64,000 nucleotides of DNA from Macrostomum lignano. Its lineage: Eukaryota. The translations under genes were made by a program, and so were the position numbers. This document shows, one piece after another, positions 62,391-64,000 of the stretch. The notes beneath the pieces are model-generated. The model ran no database searches. It was not told the origin of the DNA and worked only from the letters and a program-made list of their open reading frames with translations. The number at the start of each line of letters is the position of its first letter. Within the stretch, counting starts at the first letter, position 1. The DNA lies in NCBI GenBank assembly GCA_002269645.1, contig NIVC01001445.1, positions 124,001 through 188,000 on the forward strand, given 5' to 3'.

Positions 62391-62911
62391 ATGCCACGTC
62401 ACGTGACGCGACTCAATTCAAATCTCGGGCTCATGCAAGTAAAACATCCGGAAAATTAAAAAGCCACCTAATTGGCAGCCGAATGAACCGCTTGAAGAAC
62501 CCAAAATTTATACTACTAATAGTAAGAGCTGGACAGACATTATGCAAAAACATGGAAAATAACTAACAAAAGCCAGATACCTGTAAAACTGACTCCAAAT
62601 AAAGGTGTAGTGGCACAAATATACGCAATACAAAGCCAAGACAATTAACTGAAAGATGCTGGTCAGTCTTAAACATCAAATATACAAAATAAAACTGAAG
62701 TCAAACAGTGACACAGGAAATAAAGAGGATAAATTCAGTGTTGAAAGCCAGCGAAAGAATAGCGGATACACAGTCTGAACAGACAAGCGGGCGCTGAGTG
62801 CACGAGACTTTTGTTTGCTTTTTTGTTTTCCGATTCAAGACAAAAATGCGCTCGTTTGATTGACATGTGCGGGTAGAGCTGCTCGGCTGTCAGCGTGGCG
62901 AGGTAAGATCG

Positions 62912-63401
62912 GGATTGGGCTGGGATGGATTGGGCTGAGATGGATTGGGCTGTGATAGATTGGGCTGAGCTGGATTGGGCTGTGATAGATTGGGCTGAGA
63001 TGGATTGGGCTGTGATAGATTGGGCTGAGATGGATTGGGCTGAGATGGCTTGGGGCTTTGATGGATTGGGCTGAGATGGATTGGGCTGAGATGGCTTGGG
63101 GCTTTGATGGATTGGGGCTGTGATGGATTGGGGCTGTGATGGCTTGGGGCTTTGATGGATAGGGGCTGTGATGGCTTGGGGCTGTGATGGATTGGGATGT
63201 GATGGATTGGGGCTGTGATGGCTTTGTGGCTTTGATGGATAGGGGCTGTGATGGCTTGGGGCTGTGATGGATTGGGATGTGATAGATTGGGGCTGTGATG
63301 GCTTGGGGCTGTGATAGATTGGGGCTGTGATGGCTTGGGGCTGTGATGGATTCGGGCTGTGATGGATTGGGATGTGATAGATTGGGGCTGTGATGGATTG
63401 G

Positions 63402-63433
<32 letters not shown>

Positions 63434-63460
63434 CACAGAGACAGACAGACAGACAACTAG
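62912..63460. repeat. 15-16-bp repeat (GATTGGG[G]CTGTGATG) followed by a short (CAGA)n
   Basis: Direct reading. Confidence 0.93.
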
Positions 63461-63824
63461 ATACAATAATACAGCAATGAAAGCAAGTTAAACCGATAAA
63501 ACTGCCAGCCCGCCAGAATCAAACCGACATCCCTTAAAAAAGCCGAGCAAAAAGCATCGCACACAGGCCATCCGGTTAGTTATAACTGGCCCGATAGCCG
63601 TTGTACTCCTGCATCGGGTACGGCTTTGGGTGGGGGCCCTGCTGCCGGCCGTCAGCCTGCGGGATGGTGAGTTCGGATTTCTTATATGCAAATGCACATA
63701 GCGAATAGACTTGGGATCAGCGGCTCCAATGCTGCAATTTTAAACTCGATTCGCTGCAGGGGTCGGAAACTTCAAGTATTTCTGCCGCAGCTCAGAACTT
63801 TCTAATTGTCGAAGCCTTGATAGT

Positions 63825-64000
63825 TGCTGGTCACTTTTGCTAGTTGCTGGTCACTTCTGCTAGTTGCTGGTCACTTCTGCTAGTTGCTGGTCACTTCTGC
63901 TAGTTGCTGATCACTTCTGCTAGTTGCTGGTCACTTCTGCTAGTTGCTGATCACTTCTGCTAGTTGCTGGTCACTTCTGCTAGTTGCTGGTCACTTCTGC
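63825..64000. repeat. 20-bp minisatellite (TAGTTGCTGGTCACTTCTGC), runs off the window end
   Basis: Direct reading. Confidence 0.95.

Overview
Eukaryotic (animal) genomic DNA. GC-rich, C/G-ending coding exons are separated by AT-rich stretches and about 40 different micro- and minisatellite arrays, roughly 30% of the window by my hand tally. The innexin, the myosuppressin/DmsR-like GPCR, the codon style and the repeat load suggest an invertebrate, plausibly a free-living flatworm such as Macrostomum; this is inference only. Three genes can be assembled with GT-AG junctions: a mitochondrial phosphate carrier (SLC25A3; 3 coding exons, 343 aa), an innexin (2 coding exons, 499 aa) and a minus-strand class A peptide GPCR (2 exons, about 422 aa, with a 1-nt frameshift in a G-run). 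A probable secreted CUB-like/LDLa-like gene at 55.2-56.6 kb is interrupted by a 249-bp segment between 8-bp direct repeats, and there is an orphan coding-like ORF at 19.4-19.8 kb. Mobile DNA comprises a 2.18-kb non-autonomous TIR element with a nested MITE, two further MITEs with target-site duplications (TSDs), a small foldback, two tRNA-type SINE-like relics, a 5'-truncated RTE-like LINE in the GPCR intron, and a decayed Gypsy element carrying two different LINE 3' fragments. Most long ORFs in the supplied track are artefacts of stop-free tandem repeats. I found no convincing new multi-gene system. The best leads are the interrupted CUB/LDLa-like gene, the TIR element, the 23-bp satellite family around innexin exon 1, and the innexin extracellular N-glycosylation sequon.
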